Positions 20,396 to 31,733 of a DNA stretch of 64,000 bases are shown piece by piece. Below the pieces are notes generated by a model that made no database searches, was not told the origin of the DNA, and worked only from the letters and a program-made list of their open reading frames with translations. The stretch is from Dictyostelium discoideum (taxonomy: Eukaryota): assembly GCA_000004695.1 (NCBI GenBank), contig CM000151.3, positions 5,216,001 through 5,280,000 on the forward strand, written 5' to 3'. Position numbers and translations under genes: made by a program. The number at the start of each line of letters is the position of its first letter. Within the stretch, counting starts at the first letter, position 1.

Positions 20396-22691
20396 ATGAG
20401 ATTATTATTATTATTAATTTTAATAATAACAATTAATTTTAGTTATGGTGTATTAACACCTAAAAATTTAGCAGGTGAAGCAAGTGAATTTGGTTCATTT
20501 AATATTCCAAATCCAATGGATGTAGCACAAAGTAGTGATAGTTCATTATTTGGTATTTCAATGACACAAAGCCAATTGAAAAATTCATTTGAATGGTCAG
20601 GAGTTGTACCAGTTGATTCAGAAGAAGAATTTACATTAACATTCTTTTCAAGTTTTCCATTAAGTGAATTTAAAGTTGAAGCATCACCAAAAACTTCATT
20701 ATCATCTTCCAAATCAGAATCAGAACATAAATCAAAATTCTATAAGGTGATTAAATCAATATATCAAACACCAACCGTTACCAATGGTTCATTTGGTATT
20801 GATGGTGCAACAACTCCATCATTTAGTTTAACATGGGATAAACCAGTTGTTGGAGATTGGAATGTTGTAATCACAGCCTCATCATCATTAAGAAAGAATG
20901 AAAAATTCCAAAAGATGGTAGAAGATTCAACACCTCAATTGTTAATGTTGGTTCAAAATCCAAGTGATACTCATATCTACTCTTATGTATCATCATACAA
21001 TAATTTATTCACAGGTCAAAAAGTATCAGTTTTAGCAATGCTCCACAAGAAGTCAGAATTCATTAAAAAGTCTTCTGCCAATCGTCCACTCAATTGGAAA
21101 CCATCACCAATTTTATTATCAGATGTTTCAGCAGAGATGATTTTAGGTTTACCAGATGGTTCAAAAGAAACTATCCCAATGTTTGATGATGGTCTTCATG
21201 ATGATGAACAAGCAAATGATGGTCTTTTCGGTGGTTACATCAATGTAAGTGAATTGGGTAATTATGACCTTCAAGTAGTTTACAAAGGTTCTCAAAATGG
21301 TAATGGTGTAATTCGTTCAAATCAACATCTCATTCCAATAACTTCTCAATATTTAGAATTAACTGGTGAAGTTCAATCAGTTCAAGATGGTGATGCAAAT
21401 TTAAATATCTATTTCATTGTCAATAGTCCAAACCAAACCACTGTTGATCAAACACCAGTACATGTTTATTCAGAAGTTTATGGTACTGATGATGATGGTA
21501 AAAAAGTTGCAATTGCTTGGGTTGCCGGTGTTACATCAGCTCAACCAATTCAAGGTTCAACCACTACTTTTGCACTCTCTGCAGTTCTTAATGAACGTTG
21601 GATCGCCAAAGTTGGTGCAACCGCTCCATTCTTTGTAAAGAATGTTCAAGTCTCTGATTTGGATACTTTTATTCCACTTTCAAATACAACATCAACATCA
21701 AATGTTAAAATGGTTGGTGAATATAAAGATGTTCGTACAATTGTTCATTCTCCACCACTTCATGAAATCACCAAAGAAATGAGAGATGGTAAAATGCCAA
21801 AAGAATTGGCTGATCGTATTGGTAAATCAACTGGTAATGGTAAATTAATTCTTACACATGGTTATTGTAGTGAAGGTGTTTGGCCAATTGAGGATTTTGA
21901 AAATTCTGTAGAGTTCCAAGATTTTAATCAAAATCGTGGTAATGATGAATTTGCTCAAATACTTGCCAATTTCGGTAGCCAATATACCGATGGTTTTTCA
22001 CTTGTTGCTCATAGTCAAGGTGGTAACGCTGCTCTTCACCTCGTAACATTCTATTTCAGTGGACTTGATCTTTCTCAAAAACTTGAAGGTCGTGTCATTC
22101 AATCAATGGGTACTCCATACCAAGGTACTGCTCTCGCTGGTACTTGGGCTTCTATTGGTAGTGCTGTAGGTGTTGGTTGTTCTGCAAATGATGATCTCAC
22201 TGTTGATGGTGCCGCTTTATGGTTAAAATCAATTCCAGCAGATAAAAGAGCTTTAGTTTATTATACAACTACTCAATATAGTACTGGTTCTTTAATTAAT
22301 TAGTAAGTTTAACTTTTTTAAAAAAAAAAAAAAAATTTTAATAATTAATATTAACAATTTATTTTATTAATTTTTTTCCTTTAAACAGTTGTAATTTGGC
22401 TTCCAATGCAGTCTTAGAATGGCCAAATGATGGTGTTGTTGATAATGAGGTTTGTATTTTATTTACTTTAAACTATAAATTTATAACGAATATATTTTAA
22501 ATATTAACATTTTATACTCTCACCAAATTTTTATTAAATAATAATTAATTAATTAATAGCATACTCCACTCGAAGGTGGTGTATATTTAAATAACTTTAA
22601 AGACTGGTGTCACTCTGATGGTATGCACTCACCACAACAAACTACAAATACTGAATATAACAAAGAAATGAGTTCCAACTCTGTTTGGTAA
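20396..22691 (+). CDS. Secreted protein with C-terminal lipase class 2 (alpha/beta hydrolase, AHSQGG nucleophile elbow) domain. Exons 20396..22302, 22389..22449 and 22560..22691.
   Basis: The N-terminal signal peptide is MRLLLLLILIITINFSYG. The C-terminal region reads LILTHGYCSEGVWP...FSLVAHSQGGNAALHL, an A-H-S-x-G-G lipase_2-type motif. The track ORF is terminated by the first intron's TA|GTAAGT. Two short 3' exons follow: aaacAG|TTGTAAT..GATAATGAG|GTTTGT, then aattaatAG|CATACTCC...TGGTAA. These add ..YCNLASNAVLEWPNDGVVDNE and HTPLEGGVYLNNFKDWCHSDGMHSPQQ..SVW*. Confidence 0.7.
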
Positions 22692-22767
22692 ACTACTTTG
22701 TATTATTTTTTTTTCTCTACAATAATTGTAATAAAATCGATTTATATTAAATTTATTGTCACTTTAT

Positions 22768-22798
<31 letters not shown>

Positions 22799-23099
22799 CA
22801 ATAAAATTAAATAATTGTCTGTATTTATAAAAATATTATTTCGCGAATAAATAAATAATTTTTTTTTTTTAAAAATTAAAATTTGGGACGAAAAATGTTA
22901 TTATTTAAATTCTACTCATTTAATAATTTTTTATAATTTATTTAAAATTATAAACTCCATTATCGAGAAATAAAAAAATAATATTATTCTATTTGGAATT
23001 CAATTTAAAATAGTGATAGCTATTTTTTTTTCCTATTTAAATCAAAAAATTGGATAAAGATTTAACAACACAGTAAAAAAAAAAAAAAAAAATTGAATT

Positions 23100-23255
23100 T
23101 TTTGTAGTTCGCAGGTGTTTTTTTGGGGGTGAATTTCATTGTTAATTATTTATTATTAAATTTAATTTTTAATTTTTTTTGTAGTTTGTAGGTGTTTTTT
23201 TGGGGGTGAATTTCATTATTAATTATTTATTATTAAATTTAATTTTTAATTTTTT
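23100..23255. repeat. Two tandem copies of a ~77-bp unit containing a TTTTTTGGGGGTG G-box-like core, 90-250 bp upstream of the NmrA-like gene ATG.
   Basis: ..ttgtagttcgcaggtgtttttttgggggtgaatttcattgttaattatttattattaaatttaatttttaattttttt.. is repeated immediately afterwards with 4-5 substitutions (gtagtttgtaggtgtttttttgggggtgaatttcattattaatt...). Confidence 0.7.
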
Positions 23256-23345
23256 TTTTGCTAATTTCAACTTTTTTTTTTTTTTTTTTTTTTTTCATTA
23301 TTATTTTTTTTTTTCTGCTTTCAAATATATTCTATAAATCTAAAA

Positions 23346-24349
23346 ATGACAGTTGTAACAGTATTTGGTTCAACAGGTTCACAAGTAAGTTTTAATTCTT
23401 TTTTTTTATTTTTATTTTTATTTTTAATTTATTAATATATATATATATATTTTTTTTATAAAAAAAAAAGGGAGGTTCAGTTGCAAGAGCATTACTTAAA
23501 GATGGATTTAAAGTTCGAGCATTAACAAGAAATCCAGAATCAGAAAATGCTAAAAAGCTTCAAAAAGAGGGTGCTGAAATTGTTAAATGTGACGATGCCG
23601 ATCCAAAAGAAGTCATTGAAAAAGCATTAAAAGGAAGTGATTCAGTATTTTGCGTTACCAATTTCTGGGCTTATTTCGGCAAGGAATTAGAGTATGGTTT
23701 AAACATTGCACACGCAGCATTGGCAGCAGGCGTTAAACATTTTGTATTCAGTGGTTTGGCACCATGTAATAAGATTTCAGGAGGAAGATACAATGTACCA
23801 CACTTTGATTTGAAGCATAAAATTGAAGAGGAGCTAAGAAAAATGTCTAAAGAAAATCCAAGTTTTGTAACTTCCTTTGTTTACGCTCCATTTTATATGC
23901 AAAATTTTAAAACTTTCTTTGCACCAAAACGTACTGTCAACGAAGCCACTCAAGAAGTCACATATGTATTGGGCATGCCATTGAATCCTAAAATGTTGCC
24001 ATTGGATATGGGCGATATTAATGATATCGGTTCAATCGTTGCTGTAATGATGAAAGATCCAACTAAATACTCTGGTAAAATCATTCCATTCTCAGGTGAC
24101 TGTTTACATGGTGAAAAGATCGCTGAAATTATGTCAAAAGTAACTGGTAAGAAAGTTGTTTACAATTTCATTGAACCAAAAGATTTTGCTCAATTCGATT
24201 TCCCAGGTGCTGGTGAAATGGCTGAAATGTTTTCTTATTACAATGAATTTGGTGCATTTGATAAATTAGATAAAACTGAAGCTTCAAAAATTACAAAATT
24301 AACAAATCTTGAAGAATTTTTGAAAAAAACTAATTTTCAACTTGAATAG
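23346..24349 (+). CDS. NmrA-like family NAD(P)-binding protein (atypical SDR, HSCARG/isoflavone-reductase-like). Exons 23346..23384 and 23471..24349.
   Basis: The 39-nt first exon encodes MTVVTVFGSTGSQ (a Rossmann GxxGxxG start) and ends at a GTAAGT donor. The acceptor aaaaaaaaAG|GGAGGT continues GGSVARALLKDGFKVRALTRNP..., in frame with the ORF at 23720..24349. Confidence 0.8.
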
Positions 24350-24465
24350 TTAAATATGCCATATTTATTTTAAACTTATTTTAATATACAAATAAATAAT
24401 TAAAATAAATAATTTAAAGTTTTTGGTAAAAAAAAGTAATGTTATAATTTTTTTTTTTAATGTTG

Positions 24466-24496
<31 letters not shown>

Positions 24497-24499
24497 AAT

Positions 24500-24853
24500 T
24501 TAATTACAACCACATTGAGTTGGTTGACCACCTCCATTCATTGATCCATTTCCACCGACACTAACTCCGATATTTGCATTTGGTGCACCACCACCACCCA
24601 AAACACCATCTAATAAACCACCAAGTAAACCTTTACTTCGTCCTAAAACATCTCCCAATAAACCAGAACTTGAGCTTCCTCCACATGAAATACTATTTGA
24701 TGCAGCACTAACAGTTGAAAGGGAACCAGTAGTTCATTGCTTTGGGTTTGATAATGTAATTATTGATGCTTTTTTAATAATTTAAATATTTAGTACTTGA
24801 TTTATAAAATAAAAAAATTAATATAATATAAAAACCTTACCAATGATTGTCAT
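24500..24853 (-). pseudogene. hssA/B-like (HssA/2C/7E family) small Gly/Ser-rich protein gene carrying an in-frame TGA. Exons 24841..24853 and 24500..24778.
   Basis: On the minus strand, ATGACAATCATTG|GTAAGG encodes MTII. The acceptor ttattaaaaaAG|CATCAATAATT continues ASIITLSNPKQ, then TGA, then TTGSLSTVSAASNSISCGGSSSSGLLGDVLGRSKGLLGGLLDGVLGGGGAPNANIGVSVGGNGSMNGGGQPTQCGCN*. The MTI.. start, internal CGG and terminal CGCN are hallmarks of the hssA/B-like family. No alternative splice removes the TGA. Confidence 0.45.
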
Positions 24854-25461
24854 TTTTAATTTTTATTTTTTAAATAATATTTTGATTTATAAAATAAAAT
24901 ATAATTTTTTTTTTTTCTTTTATACCTTTTTTTTTTTTTTGAAAAAAAAAAAAAAAAAAAAAAAAAAAGATTAATTGAATAGAGTAAACAAAATAATTTA
25001 AAAAATGGAACCATTTATAAATTAAATACCAACAGGTTTATAATTATTTAGTTAACCATGAAATTATTGTATTTTTATCTGGAAAAAACTTTTAAAACAA
25101 TTATTATTACTTTTTTTTATTAAAATACAACACACCCACAAAAACTTGTAAAAAATAAATTTTAATTTATATAAAAAAAAAAATGTTGAAGATAATTTTA
25201 AGATTTATACTATTTTATTACAGATTTGGTTGGATATTTTGAATTAAGTGATAGTTTAAAATTATTTTTTTTATATTTAAAGATGAGATAATTTGTTTAA
25301 TATATGGTTATTGTTATTCGAAAATTATTGTTGGTTTAAAAAACAATAACATTGAAATTATAACAAAAACAAAGTGTTATGGATTAATAAAGTATTTAAT
25401 TTAAAAGATCTTTTTTTTTTATAAATGGTATTCAAAATTAAAATTAATTTAATTTACAGTT

Positions 25462-25492
<31 letters not shown>

Positions 25493-27217
25493 CTTCTTTT
25501 GATTTTAATAAAAATTTGATGATGAGATGATAATAAATTTCTCTTTATTAGGATAATTCTTTGATGATCATTCTCAAAACAGATGCCCAAAATACAGTTT
25601 TTATTTTCATCATTAAATCAACAAAGTTATCCATAATACGATCTTTAATAAGGCGATAAAACTTATTCATTTATTATTATAAAAATCACTACACTACTAT
25701 TTTATTGTTGTTGTTGTTGTAATGCTTTCAATTGATGAAAAGACTATTGATAAACGAGTTTGTAATTGTTGTTGAAATATTACACCACAAACTATCACTG
25801 AATTATCAACAAAGGATGTTGGTGATGGTGCACTACTATATTCATTTCATTTTTGGCATATGAATTAATTTTTTTTATCTTTTTTGGTTTTGTTTATTAT
25901 TTGGAGAACCTGAACGACAAAATCCCTATATTATTATTATTATTATTATTTATTTGTTTATTAATTTAAAACAATTGATTGTTTTTTTTTTAAAAAACAT
26001 ATTTTTATATTTTTATTATAAATCATATAAAGAAAATAATTTATTTTAAATTTCAAAGAGATAAAGAGGGTGTTTGTGTGAAATAATTTATATTTTTCAA
26101 ACTCCAACACCAATTTTTTTTTTTAAAAACTATTTTCCCAATTATTAAAAATTACTTAATTTGTTTAAATTAATTTTCTTTTCCAAATGACAAATATTTG
26201 AATTATTTTAATAATTATTTTTTTTATTTTAATTTATTTTAAAGAAGAGATTAAATTATAAATTCTCATTTTTAAAGAATTATGTGAAAACATTAATTTG
26301 AATATAAAAAAAAATAAAATTTTTTTTTTTTATATATTATTTTATAAAATATTAAAAAAAAGAAATATATAAATAATAAAATGACCATTACTTGTAATTA
26401 TTTCTATATTTTTTATTTATTTTAAATTTATTAGTTTAAAACATATTAAAATATTTTTATTTTTAAAATAATTATTTAGATTCAATTGTTAATTTTTTAA
26501 ACCAAAAGGCTAGTGGATCTAATGGCGAAATTTCATCAAACATTGTTAGATTATCAAACTTTGGTAAAATTTCTGTTGCTGGTGGACATTGGAATAATGG
26601 AGGCCACTAGAATCATTGGAACAAAGGAGGAAATCATTGGTAAAAACTATAATTTATATTTTTTTGTTTTTAAAAAAAAATTTTATTTGTTTTTAATTAT
26701 CCAAAACTATATTTAATTTTGTTATTTTTTTTTTTTTTTTTTTTTTTTTTTGTCGATTTATTTTAATAGTTACATATTTATTTTTGTTATTTTTTTATTT
26801 TTGTTTTTTTAAAACAATCACATATTTATTTAATATTTTAATTTTTTTTAAAATAAAAAAAAAAAAATTTGGAATCCAAAAACCGACAATCAGATGCCTT
26901 GTATTTAAGTAAATAAATAAAAAAAAAATATAAAAACAAAAACCCCGATATTCTTAGTTTTTCGAAAAAAAAAAAAAAAATAAAAAAATAAAAAAAAAAC
27001 AAAAAAAAAAAAGATTTTTTTCGAAGGTTTTTTTGGATATTTTATGTCACCCAAAAATAAGTGTCAGAAAGTGTTTAATTTGATTTGTTTTTTTTTTTTT
27101 TTTTTTTTTTTTCTGAATTTATTTGCTCATCAAAAATAAAATTTTAAAAAAATGATCACATTAAAAAAAAAAAAAATTATACAACTTAATATTATTTAAA
27201 TTTTTCAAAACAAAGAC

Positions 27218-28505
27218 ATGACAATTGATTGGGACTCAATTCTTAGCTATAACACAATCAAAGTGGTTCGTATAAGAGACCGACGGCTTGGGTAATTTTT
27301 TAAATTTTAAAAGAGTTAATTCATTTTTATAAATTAAAATCTAATAAAAAAAAAAAAAATTTTAAAAAAAAAAAAAAAATAGAATTTTACATTTATGTTT
27401 TTTAATAGTAATTGTATTATATGTTGTTGTTTATTCGGCGATTATTAAAAAAGGTTATGTTACAACTGAAGAACCTGTTGGCTCAATTAGAACTTCATTA
27501 TTGGCTCCAGATGAATTAAAATCAAATCAAGCATATTGTAAAAATAATACAGAACCATATCCATATGAAAAATTAGATTGTGTTTATTATGATGAGAAAT
27601 TAGCTCTCTTTCCCATTGGTGATGATGTTGGATTTACGGCTTCCACTAGGATGAGAATTTCAGATCAAACCGTAAATTGTAGTTTAATGAATCCATCTTG
27701 TAAATTTTATACCAATACATCAATGAATGTTTATTTAGCAGATATTGAAAGTTTTACAGTTTTAATTGATCATACAATGTATGCACCATCTTCTCAAATT
27801 CAATTTAATGGTGATGATTTAAGTGGATATGTTTTAGATCAAAATGGTAATGAAATTCAATTAAATGAATCTGTAAATACAATTGGTGTTCAAGGTAAAC
27901 CTGATATTTTACAACTTGGAAAATTATTAGAATTTGCTGGTGTTGATTTAGATGGACCTTGTAAGTTTTTTTTTAAAGAAAAAAATAATAATAATAATAA
28001 AATTATTTATTTATTTATTTATTTTAATGTATTATATATAATAATAGCGTTAGTAAATTCAAGTAATTCAATTAGATATGATGGATGTGTTTTATTTGTA
28101 TTTATTGAATATTCAAATACATTTTCATATGATTTAAAAAAGATTAAATATGTTTATTCAATTAAAAAAGTTGATGATACTGCTTATGATGTACCAGAAG
28201 TTATTATTTTAAATAATGAAAATTCAAGATTATATTATAAACGTCATGCAATTAGATTAATTTTCATTCAAACTGGTGTAATTGGTTCATTCAATTTTCA
28301 ATCATTACTTTTAACATTAGTTAGTGGTCTTGGTTTATTAACTGTATCAACTTTAATTGTTGATCAATTGGCAATTAGATTTTTACCACAAAGAAAATCT
28401 TATAGTTCACTTAAATTCCAAACAACTGAAAGTTTTAGAATGAAAAAAAAAATTGTAAATGATGATGGTGAAGATAAACTTTATCATAATATTGAAGCTC
28501 TATAA
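27218..28505 (+). CDS. P2X receptor family protein (ATP-gated channel), paralog 1. Exons 27218..27291, 27383..27960 and 28048..28505.
   Basis: Exon 1 encodes MTIDWDSILSYNTIKVVRIRDRRLG, the diagnostic P2X N-terminus. The donor CTTGG|GTAATT and acceptor aaaatAG|AATTTTACATTT give GILHLCFLIVIVLYVVVYSAIIKKGYVTTEEPVGSIRTSL (TM1). The Cys-rich ectodomain follows (..CKNNTEPYPYEKLDCVYYDE..NCSLMNPSCKF..). A CCTT|GTAAGT...ataatAG|CG intron leads to TM2 and the C-tail. All phases were checked. Confidence 0.8.
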
Positions 28506-28863
28506 ATAATAATAATAACAATAAAATGGGAGAAATTTTTACCCTTTTTTAATGAAATTTTTACCCTTTTTAAAGATTAAAATTTTGATTTAATTGTTTA
28601 TTTTTTAAGATTTGTTTATTTTTTAATTTTAGAATTATTGATTTTTTTTTTTTTATATTTATTAATAATTGAGTTTTTTTTTTTTTATAATGAACCTTAA
28701 ATTAATTTAAAAAAAAAACCAATAATTTAAAAATAAAAAAGGGGGTGAATAATGTGTTGTAATTTGTAGATTTGTCACAATTAAAAGTGAAATATTTGTG
28801 TAAAAATGAATTTTGTTTGTTCAATTAATAATTGGACTGAAAAACGACTATCATAATATTGTT

Positions 28864-28895
<32 letters not shown>

Positions 28896-29117
28896 TAAAT
28901 CTAAAAATAAAAATTTAGTTTCAGGGCCTTTATTAAGAATATATTTTAATAGTACCCTTTTACCATTTTCTTATTTTGAATATTTCCAGATTTGGAAATT
29001 TTCTTTTTGGCTATTGGATTTTACTAGTATAATTGAAAGTAAACCATTTCTATTTGATTAAATTACTTTATAAAAAAAGAATATTAAAGTTAGATTATAA
29101 TTGTTATTTATTTATTT

Positions 29118-29153
<36 letters not shown>

Positions 29154-29420
29154 TTTTTCTAATCACTTTACCTTTCTTTTTTTTATTTTATGCTATCTAT
29201 CAACTTTTTTCTAAACCTTTTTAATTGTTAGAGTTAGATTTATTTTCTATTTGTTAATTTTCTTACATTTGTATTAATGATAATTTTTTTTTTTTTTTTT
29301 CAAAAAAGTTTCTATTTATACTCCATCAATTTTCAATTTTTATAATTATTTGAAATTAAAAAAAGGAAATTTTACTATTTTACTAGATAATATAATATAA
29401 TATATGAATCAATACCAATC

Positions 29421-29590
29421 AAATGATAGAGAAAGGAAAGATTTATCTATGCACTATATCATAAAGAAAGATTGATCATCATAATATATAAATATTATTT
29501 CTATACAAATAAAATGAAAACTCTACTCAAATGTCAGAGAAAGGAAAGATTTATCTATGCACTATGGCATTTTGAAAAGAGGATGATATC
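29421..29590 (+). repeat. Pair of ~40-bp direct repeats (caaatgNNagagaaaggaaagatttatctatgcactat) spaced ~100 bp apart in the inter-P2X spacer.
   Basis: Copy 1 at about 29421-29460 reads caaatgatagagaaaggaaagatttatctatgcactat. Copy 2 at about 29521-29560 reads caaatgtcagagaaaggaaagatttatctatgcactat. They are 36/38 identical and both relatively GC-rich for an intergenic region. Confidence 0.6.
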
Positions 29591-30209
29591 ATAAATAAAA
29601 AATTAGAATCCAAAAAACTAAAAATAAATTAAAAAAACTAAAAATAAAATTATAAGGTTTAATAAAATATATATATTATTTTTTTTTTTTTTTCTTTAAT
29701 TTTTTTTTTTTTTTAAGTAGGGTATTTTATATCTTTTTTTTTGCAAAAGAAAAAAAAAAAAAAATTGATTTTTTAATAACGTCATCAAGGCGTAATTTCA
29801 CAATTTTTTTTTATTTTGAAAATCAAAGAGAATTAAAATACCTTTTAAAAAAAAATTCTTTTTTACAAAAAATCAAGATATTTTGTAAAACTGTTTTTTT
29901 TTTTATTTTTTTTTTTTTTTTGTTAAAAAAAAGTGAAAAATTCTGAAAGTCTCTTCATCACTAAACTTATCATTGATTACTTTGACAAACAAGCAAATGT
30001 TATAAGTAATAAATAAATAAAAACTTATATATATAAATAAAATTAATAATAAAAATGTTAGATTGGGGTTTGTAATCTTTTTTTTTATTTTTTTATTTTT
30101 TTATTTTTTTTTTTTAAGTCTGTTTATTAATATAAGTTTCAAAAAAAAAAATGAATAAAGTAATTAATTTTGTTTTTTTTTTTATTATTATTATTATTTC
30201 TTAAGATTC

Positions 30210-30313
30210 TATTCTAGCCTATAACACAATCAAAGTGGTTCGAATAAGAGATAGGCGTCTTGGGTAACTTTTAAATTTTAAAAAAAGTATTAATTTTTAT
30301 AAATTAAAATCTA

Positions 30314-30359
<46 letters not shown>

Positions 30360-30532
30360 CCTTCATTTAATTTTTATGATTGCAATTATTTCATATGTTG
30401 TAATATATTCAGCAATTATTAAAAAAGGATATCTTTCAATAGAAGAACCTGTTGGTTCTATTAGGACCTCATTATGGAGTGTATGGTATCATTTATTAAA
30501 ATAATTTCAATAATTATAAAATGATGTTAATA

Positions 30533-30567
<35 letters not shown>

Positions 30568-31567
30568 AAAAGCCAAATCAATTTAATGGTAATGAATCAT
30601 ATTGTAAAAATAATGCAAAACCATATCCATATGAAAAATTAGATTGTGTTTATTATGATGACGCTTTAGCTCTCTATCCTATTGGTGATGATGTTGGCTT
30701 TACGGCGTCCACTAGGATTGAAATTTCAGATCAAAAGGCAAACTGTAGTTTAATGAATCCATCTTGTAAATTTAAAACCTTTAACTATAGTAATGTTTAT
30801 TTAGCAGATATTGAAAGTTTTACAGTTTTAATTGATCATACAATGTATGCACCATCTTCTCAAATTCAATTTAATGGTGGTGATTTAAGTGGATATGTTT
30901 TAGATCAAAATGGTAATGAAATTCAATTAAATGAATCTGTAAATGTAATTGGTGTTGAAGGTAAACCTGATGTACTTGAAATTAGTAAACTTTTAGAATT
31001 TGCTGGTGTTAATTTAGATGATCCATGTAAGTTTTTTTTTTTTTTTTTTTTTTTTTCTCAAAAATTATTAAATTTAAAAAAATAATTAATAATAATAATT
31101 ATATTATAGCATTGACAAATTCAAGTAATCCAATTAGATATGATGGATGTGTTTTATTTGTATTTATTGAATATTCAAATACATTTTCATATGATTTGAA
31201 TAAAATTAAATATGTTTATTCAATTAAATTAGTTGATGATACAATTTATAATATACCAGAAGTAGTAATATTAGATGATGTAAATTCAAGATTATATTAT
31301 AAACGTCATGCAATTAGATTAATTTTCATTCAAACTGGTGTAATTGGTTCATTCAATTTTCAATCATTACTTTTAACATTAGTTAGTGGTCTTGGTTTAT
31401 TAACTGTATCAACTTTAATTGTTGATCAATTGGCAATTAGATTTTTACCACAAAGAAAATCTTATAGTTCACTTAAATTCCAAACAACTGAAAGTTTTAA
31501 AATGAAAAAAAAAATTGTAAATGATGATGGTGAAGATAAACTTTATCATAACATTGAAGCTCTATAA
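30210..31567 (+). CDS. P2X receptor family protein, paralog 2 (tandem duplicate; 5' end and start codon unresolved). Exons ?..30263, 30357..30480, 30573..31026 and 31110..31567.
   Basis: This copy is about 80% identical to paralog 1 across exon 1 (..DSILAYNTIKVVRIRDRRLG), intron 1 and the downstream exons (GILHLIFMIAIISYVVIYSAIIKKGYLSIEEPVGSIRTSLWS | PNQFNGNESYCKNNAKPYPYEKLDCVYYDD..). It has one extra phase-0 intron (AGT|GTATGG..aaaaAG|CCAAAT). The in-frame ATG at 30151 is followed by TAA at 30202 before the conserved block. Confidence 0.65.
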
Positions 31568-31684
31568 ATAATAATATTAATAATAATACTTTTAATTTTA
31601 ACTTTTTTCCAAATAATTCTTGTGTTTTATAAATTTTTAATATTTAAATAAACTATTTTTTTATGTAATTCTAAAATAGTTAAA

Positions 31685-31733
<49 letters not shown>

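Noticed and set aside
27258-27275. tRNA T-arm-like word ggttcgtataag / ggttcgaataag (also at 30236-30250).
   Set aside because: Both copies lie inside P2X exon 1 and encode ..VVRIR... There is no acceptor stem, no anticodon arm and no A/B-box spacing in the flanks. No tRNA gene was found anywhere in the window.
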